Source: Breznakia sp. PF5-3
GTDB taxonomy: Bacteria > Bacillota_I > Bacilli_A > Erysipelotrichales > Erysipelotrichaceae
Direction: 5' to 3'
Length of the DNA stretch: 22,441 bases
NCBI RefSeq assembly: GCF_029504745.1
Contig: NZ_JAQFIQ010000037.1
Location: 1 to 22,441 of the forward strand
The notes below the pieces were generated by a model, which worked only from the letters and a program-made list of their open reading frames with translations, ran no database searches and was not told the DNA's origin. The position numbers and the translations under genes were made by a program. Shown here in pieces: positions 6,964-16,024 of this stretch. How positions within the stretch are numbered: position 1 is the first letter of the stretch; each line of letters begins with the position of its first letter.

Positions 6964-8647
6964 AATTTGTATAATCTGATAAAATAACTGGATCATGTTG
7001 AGGAGCTGGGTCCTTTAATACTTTTATAATATTATCAGCATGATCTCCCATACGTTCTAGGTTAGATAGAATATCCACATAAACGGAAGCTGCGATATCT
7101 TTGTCACATTCATTATTTGACATACGTTTAAAGTGACGTTTTCTAGCTTTATCTTCCATAAGATCTAAGTAGTTTTCTTTATCTGCAACTACTTCTGCTA
7201 AAGATTCATCTTTTTCATAGTAGTAAGCCATTGAGAAATCTAACATACTAATTACAACATCAGTCATTTCATTGATATCTTCTAATGCGTTTTGAGAGAA
7301 ACTTGCACGTTCATCATAAACCATGTCATAAAATCCAACTAAATTCATTGAAATATCGCCAATTCTTTCAATATTTTTGATCACTTGAAGGTTAGCAATT
7401 AATGAATCAGCATCATCTTGCGATAAACCTTCGTGAGATATATGGACTAAATATTGGGTAATCTTTGAATCCAAAGTATTTACCGCGTCTTCATATTGTG
7501 CAGCACCTTCACGATGCTTTCCAGATTTTGTGTTTAAGAAGTCTTTTGTTTCTTGTAATTGTGCTAATACAAGTTCAGCCATCTTAATTGTTGTATTTTT
7601 AGCGGAGTTAATAGCAGCGGCTGGCAATGTTTCTGCTAACATAGGATCAAGTCCAGCAACATCCACTTCGATTTGTTTTTCTTCTTTACCACGAATAAAC
7701 TTTTTAACGACATATACCATCTGTTTAATAAATGGATAGGCTAAAATTGTGATGGTAACATTGAAGATAATATGTGCCACCGCGATTTGCATCATTGCCG
7801 ATAGACCAAACTGGTTGGCAATCACAACAATCAATTCTGTAACAGGAGTTAAAAACAACATAAAGAACAAAGTTCCAAAAACGTTGAACATAACATGAAT
7901 TCCTGCAGTTCGCTTTGCTGCGATACTTCCACCAAGAGAAGCAAATACAGCTGTGATGGTCGTACCAATGTTTGAACCGTATACAAATGGCAATGCAGCT
8001 CCTAAGGCAATGGCTCCAGAATCATATAATTTTTGAACAATCCCGATGACAGCACTACTAGATTGTACAATAGCAGTTAAGGCAGTACCGGCTAACATTC
8101 CTAAAAATGGTTGTTTAATCATTTCTTTAGCAAATGCATCAAATTGAGGTAAATCACCTAACAAACTTAATTCATCTCCCATTAAACGTAAACCAAAGAA
8201 AAGTAAACCAAAACCTAAAATGATTTGTCCAGCATATCCATGTTTTTTTCGCTTGGAGAAAACGGTAACGAGAACACCAATAAAAACAAAGATTAGAGAC
8301 ATTTTTTCTACTTTTAATCCAATTAGAAAAGCAGTAATCGTGGTTCCAATATTGGCTCCCATGATAATCCCCACAGCCTGTTCTAGTTTCATAATGCCAG
8401 CACGTACAAAACCAATTGCAATTGCTGTTGTTGCACTACTTGATTGAATGAAAGTAGTAATCAGTGCTCCTATAATGATACCCATCCATGGTTTTGCAGT
8501 GTACTTGTCGATATAATCTCGAAGTTTATCACCTGCAATGCTTTTTAATCCAGCACCCATGTATTCAATTCCAAATAAAAACAATGCAAATCCACCCAGG
8601 ATATAGTCCCATTGAATTGAGGGAGCAGTAGCCGCTATATGTAGCAT
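6962..8647 (-). CDS. Na+/phosphate cotransporter family protein with C-terminal PhoU-like domains
   Basis: Polytopic N-terminal half with duplicated Na/Pi-cotransporter repeats (QSSSATTAI and QSSSAVIGI). The soluble C-terminal half has two ERIGD/ERMGDH PhoU-type motifs. Track start ATG 8653 abuts the SD with no spacer. The third-codon ATG at 8647 lies 6 nt after AGGAGG and is preferred. Confidence 0.85.
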   Translation of the reverse strand: MLHIAATAPSIQWDYILGGFALFLFGIEYMGAGLKSIAGDKLRDYIDKYTAKPWMGIIIGALITTFIQSSSATTAIAIGFVRAGIMKLEQAVGIIMGANIGTTITAFLIGLKVEKMSLIFVFIGVLVTVFSKRKKHGYAGQIILGFGLLFFGLRLMGDELSLLGDLPQFDAFAKEMIKQPFLGMLAGTALTAIVQSSSAVIGIVQKLYDSGAIALGAALPFVYGSNIGTTITAVFASLGGSIAAKRTAGIHVMFNVFGTLFFMLFLTPVTELIVVIANQFGLSAMMQIAVAHIIFNVTITILAYPFIKQMVYVVKKFIRGKEEKQIEVDVAGLDPMLAETLPAAAINSAKNTTIKMAELVLAQLQETKDFLNTKSGKHREGAAQYEDAVNTLDSKITQYLVHISHEGLSQDDADSLIANLQVIKNIERIGDISMNLVGFYDMVYDERASFSQNALEDINEMTDVVISMLDFSMAYYYEKDESLAEVVADKENYLDLMEDKARKRHFKRMSNNECDKDIAASVYVDILSNLERMGDHADNIIKVLKDPAPQHDPVILSDYTN

Positions 8648-8677
8648 ATTCATCCTCCTAAATATAACACTATTTTT

Positions 8678-8686
8678 ATTTTAACA
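8678..8686 (-). promoter_or_regulatory. Extended -10 element for the Na/Pi transporter gene
   Basis: The minus strand reads TGtTAAAAT (reverse complement of ATTTTAACA 8678-8686), about 30 nt upstream of the start. Confidence 0.4.
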
Positions 8687-8711
8687 TTTATTCAGAAAAT
8701 TCCTACTAAAA

Positions 8712-8770
8712 ATTTCATTTTTTAATGAAATATGCAAGTGGATATCTTTGCTTATTTCATATATAATGAA
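8712..8770. repeat. Two related inverted repeats (TTTCAT..ATGAA) in the divergent intergenic region
   Basis: IR1 is ATTTCATT-TTTT-AATGAAAT (8712-8731, 8-bp arms). IR2 is TTCAT-ATATA-ATGAA (8756-8770) and overlaps the TATAAT at 8762-8767. Confidence 0.5.
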
Positions 8771-8800
8771 CATGTTAGGATAAATGAAGTGAGGTAGATT

Positions 8801-9559
8801 ATGAGATTGATATCTTGGAACGTAAATGGAATACGTGCATGTATTAATAAAGGATTTTATGAATTTTTGGAATCTGAATCTCCTGATGTACTATGTATTC
8901 AGGAGTCAAAAATGCAAGAAGGACAAATAGAATTGGTAACAGACGGCTATTATCAATATTTTAATAGTGCTGAAAAAAAAGGATATTCTGGGACTATTAC
9001 ATTAAGTAAGAAAAAACCATTATCTGTTTCTTATGGTATGGATTTGGCTGTACACGATAAGGAAGGTCGGATGATTACTTTAGAATATGATACATTTTAT
9101 TTAGTGAATGTATATACACCAAATTCACAAGAAGCTTTGAAACGTTTATCATATCGAATGGAATGGGAAAAGGACTTCAAAGCTTATGTAAAAGGGTTAG
9201 AAAAAAACAAACCTGTGATTATTTGTGGAGATTTGAATGTTGCACATAAGGAGATTGATTTAAAAAATCCTACACAGAATAGAAAGAATGCGGGATTCTC
9301 TGATGAAGAACGTGCTGCCTTTACAGCTTTATTGGACGCAGGATTTATTGATACATATCGATTATATAACCCAGATAAAGAAGGGGCATATTCATGGTGG
9401 AGTTATCGCTTTAACGCTCGCAGTAGAAATGCGGGATGGCGGATAGATTATTTTTTGGTTAGTGAGAGCTTAAAAGACAAGTGTGAAAATGCAAACATTT
9501 TAAATACGGTATTGGGTAGTGATCACTGTCCTGTTACTTTGGAAATAGAGGTATCCTAA
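8801..9559 (+). CDS. exoA: Exodeoxyribonuclease III (AP endonuclease, ExoA/Xth family)
   Basis: 252 aa. [47 protein letters not shown] and SDHCPV are collinear with my recollection of B. subtilis ExoA. Confidence 0.95.
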   Translation: MRLISWNVNGIRACINKGFYEFLESESPDVLCIQESKMQEGQIELVTDGYYQYFNSAEKKGYSGTITLSKKKPLSVSYGMDLAVHDKEGRMITLEYDTFYLVNVYTPNSQEALKRLSYRMEWEKDFKAYVKGLEKNKPVIICGDLNVAHKEIDLKNPTQNRKNAGFSDEERAAFTALLDAGFIDTYRLYNPDKEGAYSWWSYRFNARSRNAGWRIDYFLVSESLKDKCENANILNTVLGSDHCPVTLEIEVS

Positions 9560-9560
9560 A

Positions 9561-10226
9561 ATGGCATTTGTAGGATGGAATGAGAATCTTGATGCATGCA
9601 TTTTTGATTTGGATGGAACACTTTTAGATTCGATGAATGTCTGGCAAGAAGTAGATAGAAAGTATCTAGCAAGCTTTGGAATTGTATTTGATAATCGTTT
9701 CAGTGAGGAAATAAAAAGGCTAACGTTCAATGAAAGTGCAAAATATTTTATTGAAAAGTTTAAAATTGAGCGTAGCGAAGAAGAAATAATGAGTGACTGG
9801 AATGAAATGGTAGAAGTTGAATATCGAGATAACATTCAGTTAAAAGAAGGTGTTATGGAAACCCTGGATTTTCTAAAACAGAAAGAAATTAGAATGTGTG
9901 TTGCCACTTCATGTAATAAAGATCATGCAATTATGGCTATGAAGCGTTTGGGAATCTACGATTATTTTGAATTTGTGAGAACGTGCAAAGAAATTGGTAA
10001 AAATAAGGAACATCCAGATATTTTTTTAGCTTGTGCTGAAGAAATGGAAGTAGCTATAGAAAAGACAATGGTTTTTGAGGATTTGCGCATAGCTTTGGAA
10101 GTTGCAAAGAAGGAAGGGTTTCAAACATGTGGAATCCATGATACACTTTCCACACATGAAAAAACGGAAATAGCAAAACTTTGCGATTATTTTATATATA
10201 GTTTTTATGAATTGAATCAAGTTTAA
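9561..10226 (+). CDS. HAD-superfamily hydrolase (subfamily IA phosphatase / beta-phosphoglucomutase-like); substrate unknown
   Basis: Motif I FDLDGTLLDS, motif II VATS, and a C-terminal acidic motif FED. Starts 1 nt after the exoA stop. Confidence 0.8.
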   Translation: MAFVGWNENLDACIFDLDGTLLDSMNVWQEVDRKYLASFGIVFDNRFSEEIKRLTFNESAKYFIEKFKIERSEEEIMSDWNEMVEVEYRDNIQLKEGVMETLDFLKQKEIRMCVATSCNKDHAIMAMKRLGIYDYFEFVRTCKEIGKNKEHPDIFLACAEEMEVAIEKTMVFEDLRIALEVAKKEGFQTCGIHDTLSTHEKTEIAKLCDYFIYSFYELNQV

Positions 10227-10241
10227 AAATGAGGAGGAAGT

Positions 10242-10817
10242 ATGATAGCATTTGTTAAAGGAAATGTAGTAAGTTACAGTGCAGATAGTGTAATTATTGA
10301 TAATGGTGGTATAGGATATCGTATTTTTATGCCCAACCCAGCATTGTTGACTTTAAATCAAGAAACATTGATATATACGTATCATCATATTCGTGAAGAT
10401 GCACAAATATTATTTGGTTTTACTTCTATGGAAGAGCATGATTTGTTTACTCAATTAATTTCAGTAAAAGGAATCGGGCCAAAGATTGCAATAAATGCGT
10501 TAAGCGTTGGAAGTTGGCAACAGATTGTAGAAGCAATCGAAACAAAAAATGCTACATATTTAAAAAGTTTACCTGGTATTGGTAACAAAGCAGCTTCACA
10601 GATTGTGTTGGACTTAAAAGGTAAGTTGGTGGAATCTGGTGATGGAAAAGAATTGAATACGAACTTAAGTGATGCCATGGAAGCACTTAAGAGTTTAGGA
10701 TACAAGACAAATGAAGTGAATTCATTAATGAAGCAACTAAGCAAAGAAAAAGATAAATCTGTAGATGAATATATAAAGCTAGCATTACAAATGCTAGCTG
10801 GTAAAAAAGGAGTGTAG
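10242..10817 (+). CDS. ruvA: Holliday junction branch migration complex subunit RuvA
   Basis: MIAFVKG...GGIGYRI N-terminal OB domain, HhH motifs ([18 protein letters not shown]), and a short domain III. Confidence 0.95.
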   Translation: MIAFVKGNVVSYSADSVIIDNGGIGYRIFMPNPALLTLNQETLIYTYHHIREDAQILFGFTSMEEHDLFTQLISVKGIGPKIAINALSVGSWQQIVEAIETKNATYLKSLPGIGNKAASQIVLDLKGKLVESGDGKELNTNLSDAMEALKSLGYKTNEVNSLMKQLSKEKDKSVDEYIKLALQMLAGKKGV

Positions 10818-10819
10818 TG

Positions 10820-11830
10820 ATGAGTGATCGCATTTTATCAAATGAGCAACTTGATAACGAAGAAGAAATTAGTTTAAGACCGCAGCGACTTGAAGAATAT
10901 ATAGGTCAAAATGATTTAAAAGGGAATTTAAAAATATTTATTCAAGCTGCTAGACAACGAAATGAGGCGTTAGATCATGTTTTGTTATATGGTCCTCCAG
11001 GATTGGGAAAAACTACATTATCTTATATATTAGCAAATGAAATGGGGACGAATGTTAAAACGGCAAGTGGACCAACGATTGAAAAAGGTGGGGATCTTGC
11101 AGCGATTCTTTCACAACTAGAGCCAGGAGATATTCTCTTTATTGATGAAATTCATCGTTTATCAAAAGCTGTTGAAGAAATTTTATACCCAGCAATGGAA
11201 GATTATTGCTTAGATATCGTTGTTGGAAATGATGCAAGTGTTAGAAGTATTCGTTTAGATTTACCTCCCTTTACATTAGTGGGGGCGACAACAAGAGCAG
11301 GAGATTTAAGTGCTCCTCTTCGAGATCGCTTTGGTATTGTTTCGCAACTTTCATATTATGATCAAGAAGATTTGGAAAAAATTGTAAAAAGGACTTCTAT
11401 AGTAATGGAAACGGATATCGAGGAACCGGCAATTCATGAGATTGCTTTGCGTTCACGTGGAACACCTCGGATTGCTAATCGATTATTTAGAAGAGTAAGA
11501 GATTTTGCCCAAGTTATGAATGATGGATTGATTTCTGAAGATATTGCGAAAATGGCACTTGATCGTTTGAAAGTTGATCATCTTGGTTTAGATGATGTCG
11601 ATCATAAATATTTACGAGGAATCATTGAACGTTTTAATGGTGGGCCAGTAGGATTAGAAGCAATTGCATCAAGTATTGGTGAAGAAGCATTAACACTTGA
11701 AGATGTATATGAACCATACTTATTGCAAATTGGATTTATTAATCGTACACCACGAGGAAGAGTGGTTAGTCCTAAAGCTTATCATCATTTAAAGATAACA
11801 GTAAACGAGGGATTATTTGAAGATTTATAA
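10820..11830 (+). CDS. ruvB: Holliday junction DNA helicase RuvB
   Basis: Walker [10 protein letters not shown], Walker B FIDEIHR, and sensor GATTRAG and [13 protein letters not shown] 10820 lies 7 nt after AAAGGAG (10806-10812). The track GTG 10817 overlaps the ruvA stop. Confidence 0.95.
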   Translation: MSDRILSNEQLDNEEEISLRPQRLEEYIGQNDLKGNLKIFIQAARQRNEALDHVLLYGPPGLGKTTLSYILANEMGTNVKTASGPTIEKGGDLAAILSQLEPGDILFIDEIHRLSKAVEEILYPAMEDYCLDIVVGNDASVRSIRLDLPPFTLVGATTRAGDLSAPLRDRFGIVSQLSYYDQEDLEKIVKRTSIVMETDIEEPAIHEIALRSRGTPRIANRLFRRVRDFAQVMNDGLISEDIAKMALDRLKVDHLGLDDVDHKYLRGIIERFNGGPVGLEAIASSIGEEALTLEDVYEPYLLQIGFINRTPRGRVVSPKAYHHLKITVNEGLFEDL

Positions 11831-11851
11831 GACACAGGAATGTGTCTTTTT
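11830..11851 (+). terminator. Intrinsic terminator after ruvB
   Basis: AGACACA-GGAA-TGTGTCT (11830-11847) followed by TTTT. Confidence 0.7.
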
Positions 11852-11900
11852 ATTCTAGGGTGATTCTTAATAAATTATGGTTTTCACAAACTTATGTATT

Positions 11901-11909
11901 TGTTATAAT
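11901..11909 (+). promoter_or_regulatory. Extended -10 promoter element for scpA-scpB-rluB
   Basis: TGtTATAAT at 11901-11909, 18 nt before the scpA start. Weak -35 TTTTCA 17 nt upstream. Confidence 0.5.
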
Positions 11910-11927
11910 AGTCAGTGAGGTGATTCT

Positions 11928-12653
11928 ATGGCGTTTGAAATTACAGTTGATCAATTTGAAGGTCCTTTGGATTTAATGTTACATTTGATAAAAGAAAATA
12001 AATTGGACTTATTTGATTTGGATATGACTATCTTATGCGATCAATATTTAGCATATATTAATGCCTTTGAGTCCATGCATTTAGAGGTGGCGAGCGAGTT
12101 TTTAAGTGAGCTTGCCGGATTGATTGAGTATAAAAGTAAGCGTCTTCTGCCTCGAGAAAAAGTAGAAATTGCTGAAGAATATGAAGAGGATCAACGAGAT
12201 AAATTAGTGAAGAGGTTAATTGAATATCAAAAATTCAAAGAAGCTAGTACACAATTTTCAAAAAGTTATGAAGAACGTCAACGAATGATGGAAAAACCAA
12301 TTAGTAAGAAAACAGAAGAATGGATGAAACAGGTAACCATTGATGAATATCATGGAAATCCATATGATTTAATAAAAGCTATGAATAGAGTTATTCGCCG
12401 TTATGAGTTAAATCAGCCTTTAGAGACACAAATCACAATGAAAGAGATGAGTGTTGATGAACGTTTAGATCAATTAAAAACAAAATTACATAAAATAAAA
12501 GGAAAAATTACCTTTGAACAGTTGTGTGATGATTGTAAAAATTTACATATGGTTATTGTGTCATTTCTGGCAATTTTAGATTTGATAAAAAATCAAGAAA
12601 TAAGTTTTAGTGTGGATGAAGAAGATCAAATATGGTTGATTACAGGAGTATAA
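11928..12653 (+). CDS. scpA: Segregation and condensation protein A (SMC kleisin)
   Basis: FEGPLDLMLHLIKENKLDLFDLDM N-terminus and FLAILDLIKN C-terminus, typical of ScpA. Followed by scpB. Confidence 0.93.
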   Translation: MAFEITVDQFEGPLDLMLHLIKENKLDLFDLDMTILCDQYLAYINAFESMHLEVASEFLSELAGLIEYKSKRLLPREKVEIAEEYEEDQRDKLVKRLIEYQKFKEASTQFSKSYEERQRMMEKPISKKTEEWMKQVTIDEYHGNPYDLIKAMNRVIRRYELNQPLETQITMKEMSVDERLDQLKTKLHKIKGKITFEQLCDDCKNLHMVIVSFLAILDLIKNQEISFSVDEEDQIWLITGV

Positions 12654-12654
12654 G

Positions 12655-13191
12655 ATGAAACATATTATAGAAGGATTATTGTTTTTAAGTGGTGATGAGG
12701 GCTTAAGCGCTGAACAACTTTTAGAAACATTGGACATTGATGAAGCAAAACTAACAGAAGAGATAAAACAATTAATGGATGATTATTTAACAGATAGTCA
12801 TGGTATTGAATTGGTTCATTTTGGGGGACGTTACAAATTTGTAAGTAAGGAAAGTGTGTATGAATATGCAGAAAAATTGTTCTCTTCAAATAAAATGGCA
12901 ACGCTTTCGAGTGCCGCTTTAGAAACATTGGCAATCATAGCTTATAAGCAACCTATCACACGTGTTGAAATTGAAGAAATCCGTGGCGTAGGTTGTGATA
13001 TGATGATTCGTAAACTATTAGCACGTTCGCTTGTTAAGGAATGTGGCCGTAGTGATGCACCAGGTCGTCCATTTTTATATGAGGTGACAGAAGAATTTAT
13101 GGATTCTTTCAAATTAGAAAGTTTAAAAGAACTTCCTGAGCTTGAAGATTACAGTGTAAATGTACAAGAGGAATTGTTTGATAACAGATAA
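12655..13191 (+). CDS. scpB: Segregation and condensation protein B
   Basis: IEGLLFLSGDEGLS, LSSAALETLAIIAYKQPITRVEIEEIRGV and GRPFLYEVT motifs. Starts 1 nt after the scpA stop. Confidence 0.93.
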   Translation: MKHIIEGLLFLSGDEGLSAEQLLETLDIDEAKLTEEIKQLMDDYLTDSHGIELVHFGGRYKFVSKESVYEYAEKLFSSNKMATLSSAALETLAIIAYKQPITRVEIEEIRGVGCDMMIRKLLARSLVKECGRSDAPGRPFLYEVTEEFMDSFKLESLKELPELEDYSVNVQEELFDNR

Positions 13192-13205
13192 GGAACGTTG
13201 ATAAT

Positions 13206-13943
13206 ATGGAAAGAATACAAAAAGTGATTGCAGCAAGTGGTATAGCTTCACGAAGAAAAGCAGAAACGATGATCTTAGAGGGTAGAGTAAAAGTAAATGG
13301 TGAAGTTTTAAAAGAATTAGGATATAAAGTAAAAAAAGGTGATTTCATTGAAGTAGATGGTAAATCTATTCAAAGGGAAAACAAAGTATATTATGTAATG
13401 AATAAACCTAAAAAATCAATGTGCACTAGCGATGATGAATTTGATCGCAAAACAGTGATTTCATTAATTGATTCAAAAGAAAGATTATTTAGTGTTGGTC
13501 GTTTAGATTATGATACAAGTGGAGTGTTGATTTTAACGAATGATGGCGAATTTGCCAATCAATTGGTTCACCCAAAATATCATTTACCAAAAACATATAA
13601 TTTAACCATTAATGGGATTCTAACACCACCACAGTTAATGGAATTAAAAAATGGTATTGAATTGGATGATGGTAGAAAAACCTTGCCTGCAAAATATAAA
13701 ATTACAGAGAAAGATTTAAAGAAAAATCAAATGTCTTTGGATTTAACAATTTATGAAGGTAGAAACCGCCAAATAAAGCGAATGATGGAATATTTTGGAT
13801 ATCATGTAACGAGATTACATCGCAAACAATTGGGATACTTAAAAGTAGATGATTTACGACAGGGAGAGTACCGCAAACTGAAACCATTTGAAGTGAAGCA
13901 ACTTAGAAAATTGGCTTTAGAAGGCAGTGGAAAGGATTTGTAA
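13206..13943 (+). CDS. rluB: 23S rRNA pseudouridine synthase, RsuA/RluB family
   Basis: N-terminal S4 domain (RIQKVIAASGIASRRKAETMILEGRVKVNG), catalytic GRLDYDTSGVLILTNDG, and EGRNRQIKRM. Confidence 0.9.
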   Translation: MERIQKVIAASGIASRRKAETMILEGRVKVNGEVLKELGYKVKKGDFIEVDGKSIQRENKVYYVMNKPKKSMCTSDDEFDRKTVISLIDSKERLFSVGRLDYDTSGVLILTNDGEFANQLVHPKYHLPKTYNLTINGILTPPQLMELKNGIELDDGRKTLPAKYKITEKDLKKNQMSLDLTIYEGRNRQIKRMMEYFGYHVTRLHRKQLGYLKVDDLRQGEYRKLKPFEVKQLRKLALEGSGKDL

Positions 13944-13966
13944 TACGATTTACTAAGTAGTATACT
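13938..13966 (+). promoter_or_regulatory. Candidate promoter for the MarR gene, with an overlapping 8-bp palindrome
   Basis: TTGTAA (13938-13943), a 17-nt spacer, then TATACT (13961-13966). The palindrome AGTATACT (13959-13966) covers the -10. Confidence 0.4.
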
Positions 13967-13984
13967 TTGTATAAGGAGTAAACT

Positions 13985-14431
13985 ATGCTAAAGAATAAAG
14001 AACTATATAATTTAGAACAAGAGATTGAGTGGTTAGAAAAGAAAGTAAAGTACATACAACTTAATCGTATTGAAATACATGATGGACAACCTGAAATTCT
14101 TGCGTATATTTATATGCATAAAAATTGCAATCAATACGAGATTGCAAAATATTTAGGATTATCGAGAGCATCGATTGGTGTTTCTATTAAACGGCTACAA
14201 AAAGCTGGGTTTGTAGATGTTTTATCAAATGAACAAGATGCACGAGCAACCTGTTTACAAATCACAAAAAAAGGAATCAAAACCCTTGTTCAATCAGATA
14301 TTGTATTAGACGAGTATATATCTAAGAAATATGATGGGTTTAGCGATGAAGAATTAGTAGCATATATAAAAATGTTAGAAAAAGTGAAACGCAATCTTAA
14401 AAAAACATATAAAGATGGTAAAGGGCTCTAA
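13985..14431 (+). CDS. MarR-family winged-helix transcriptional regulator
   Basis: 148 aa with a YEIAKYLGLSRASIGVSIKRLQKAGFV helix-turn-helix and wing (DARATCLQITKKG). SD AAGGAG (13973-13978). Confidence 0.8.
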   Translation: MLKNKELYNLEQEIEWLEKKVKYIQLNRIEIHDGQPEILAYIYMHKNCNQYEIAKYLGLSRASIGVSIKRLQKAGFVDVLSNEQDARATCLQITKKGIKTLVQSDIVLDEYISKKYDGFSDEELVAYIKMLEKVKRNLKKTYKDGKGL

Positions 14432-14442
14432 GAGCCTTTTTT
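14421..14442 (+). terminator. Intrinsic terminator after the MarR gene
   Basis: AAGGGCTC-TAA-GAGCCTTT stem-loop including one G-U pair, then a T-run to 14442. The marR stop TAA forms the loop. Confidence 0.7.
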
Positions 14443-14534
14443 ATATAAGAGGATATGGGTAAGATGAGTTATAAAAACAATAGTAAGTCTTTATTTATCT
14501 TAGAAATTAGAGTAAAATATGAAAAGGTGATTTT

Positions 14535-15254
14535 ATGCAACAATATTTTTTAGATTCGGAAGTAAAAAAGGGAAGTAGTGTCTTTTTTTCAAAAGAACAA
14601 CAACATCATATGAAGAATGTATTACGAATGCATACTGGTGAAATTGTTAAAGTGGTGGATAATCATTCAACTCCTTTTTTGGTTGCAATCAATGTAGAAA
14701 ATGAAGTTACAGGAAGGATTATAGAAACTTTAGAAAGTAATTTAGAAAAAGTTAAAATAACGTTGTTACAAGGCTTAATAAAAGGAGAACGATGGGATTT
14801 TTTACTTCAAAAAGCTTGTGAATTGGGAGTTGATCGAATAATACCTTTCTATTCAAGTCGTACGATTGTAAAGGTAAATGATAAAATAGATAAGAAAACA
14901 GAACGTTTTAATAAGATTGCTTTAGAAGCATGTGAACAATCGAAACGTGATCATTTAGTCAGTGTTCATCAACCAATAGCATATAAAGAAATTGGTAATT
15001 ATACATCAGAGTTGAATTTAATCGCATATGAAGCAGCTGATTTAAAAAGTGATAAATTAAAAACATATTTGTTAGATAATCCAGATATAAAGACAATTAC
15101 AATTGTAATTGGTAGCGAAGGTGGCTTTTCTGAAGATGAAGTGGTGTTTGCGAAATCAAAAGGTTTCGCTACTGTTTCTTTGGGCTCTCGAATATTGCGT
15201 GCTGAAACAGCTGCACTTGCAAGTATACAATCAATAATGTTTTGTTATGAATAA
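14535..15254 (+). CDS. rsmE: 16S rRNA (uracil1498-N3)-methyltransferase RsmE
   Basis: 239 aa with an N-terminal PUA-like region, a GERWDFLLQKACELGV motif, and the SPOUT-knot C-terminus IGSEGGFSEDEV...LGSRILRAETAAL. Confidence 0.9.
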   Translation: MQQYFLDSEVKKGSSVFFSKEQQHHMKNVLRMHTGEIVKVVDNHSTPFLVAINVENEVTGRIIETLESNLEKVKITLLQGLIKGERWDFLLQKACELGVDRIIPFYSSRTIVKVNDKIDKKTERFNKIALEACEQSKRDHLVSVHQPIAYKEIGNYTSELNLIAYEAADLKSDKLKTYLLDNPDIKTITIVIGSEGGFSEDEVVFAKSKGFATVSLGSRILRAETAALASIQSIMFCYE

Positions 15255-15265
15255 GGTGGTGTGTT

Positions 15266-16024
15266 ATGGATAAAGTATATAAGTTATTACATAAAAAATA
15301 TGATAAAAAATTCAATAAGACTTCATCTGTGAAAGAAAAAAAGATTGAAATGGAGAATTTATTTAAATCATATAATATTGAATATAAACAAGAAAATGAA
15401 TTGTCTTTTTTTCATAATGAAATTTGCTATCAAGGGATACTGAACAAGCAAGAAATAGAACGTGCTTATTTTGAAGGTAAAGTATTGATGAATGATTTTT
15501 ATGACACACTGGATTATGAAGAGAAAAAGCGATTGATGAATTATGAAATTCAAAAAGTAAAGCCGACTTTACCATATCGAATGGTAGAAGGAAAGCCTAT
15601 TTTTATTCCTTTTTTTGACTTTCGTTTGAATCAAATATATGAAAATGAAATGGTCTTATTTGATATTAAAAAATACAATTACTATGTCAGACGATTTGAA
15701 AATATTATGATTGATTTTCATTCGCTATACGATAATCAATTTTATGGTAACGACTTTTGTAGCGCAGAATTAGTTTATGAAAATCAAAATCAGTTATCTT
15801 TATATTGTGATTTGACAACATGTTTATATTTTGTTGAAGATTTAAAATTAGTGAATCATCTAACTTTAAGAAAAAAGATGGATGAAGAAATATTAAAAAA
15901 TATAAGTTATTCTTATTTTAATGTTTCTTTTATTGAATTTATAGATTTGTTGGAAGGGTTGGAACTTATCGAAGCCAAGGAAATGAAGAAGATAAGAAAA
16001 ATGATAAAGAAAGGAAAATCATGA
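15266..16024 (+). CDS. Hypothetical protein, 252 aa; no family recognised
   Basis: SD AAGGTGG (15253-15259) lies 6 nt before ATG 15266. The stop overlaps the mtaB start (ATGA, 16021-16024). No TM segment and no catalytic or nucleotide-binding motif that I can recognise. K-rich termini, Y/F/N-rich core. Sampled lines are more AT-rich than the flanking genes. Confidence 0.7.
   Translation: MDKVYKLLHKKYDKKFNKTSSVKEKKIEMENLFKSYNIEYKQENELSFFHNEICYQGILNKQEIERAYFEGKVLMNDFYDTLDYEEKKRLMNYEIQKVKPTLPYRMVEGKPIFIPFFDFRLNQIYENEMVLFDIKKYNYYVRRFENIMIDFHSLYDNQFYGNDFCSAELVYENQNQLSLYCDLTTCLYFVEDLKLVNHLTLRKKMDEEILKNISYSYFNVSFIEFIDLLEGLELIEAKEMKKIRKMIKKGKS

Noticed and set aside
6619-8447. Opposite-strand ORFs inside greA (6619-6807) and the Na/Pi transporter (7530-7739, 8220-8447)
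   Set aside because: Each lies entirely within a confidently assigned gene on the other strand and has no translation signals.
9500-9835. 111-aa minus-strand ORF spanning the exoA/HAD junction
   Set aside because: It is fairly long for an AT-rich genome, so I checked it. It is Ser/Leu/Ile-rich low complexity, has no SD, and is antisense to two genes with clear catalytic motifs.
11877-11918. 13-codon ORF (MVFTNLCICYNSQ) and a 9-bp direct repeat GGTGATTCT (11859-11867 and 11919-11927) upstream of scpA
   Set aside because: The SD-like copy lies 13 nt from the ATG, which is too far. The ORF runs through the scpA promoter -10. The second repeat copy is simply the scpA SD region.
10026-13887. Minus-strand ORFs 10026-10220, 10451-10744, 12665-12934, 13109-13348, 13702-13887
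   Set aside because: All are antisense shadows of the HAD, ruvA, scpB and rluB genes. None has an SD or recognisable motifs.
14455-14553. Small ORF (32 aa from ATG 14455, or 29 aa from ATG 14464) in the marR-rsmE spacer, overlapping the rsmE start out of frame
   Set aside because: The first ATG is only 1 nt from the SD-like AAGAGGA. The second has acceptable spacing, but the peptide has no distinguishing features and I have no conservation evidence. Most likely chance in AT-rich DNA.
15363-15575. Two overlapping minus-strand ORFs (70 and 61 aa) inside orf252
   Set aside because: I considered them as an alternative reading of this unassigned region. The plus-strand frame is open for 252 codons, has a strong SD and is stop/start coupled to mtaB. 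The minus-strand frames are short and lack start signals.
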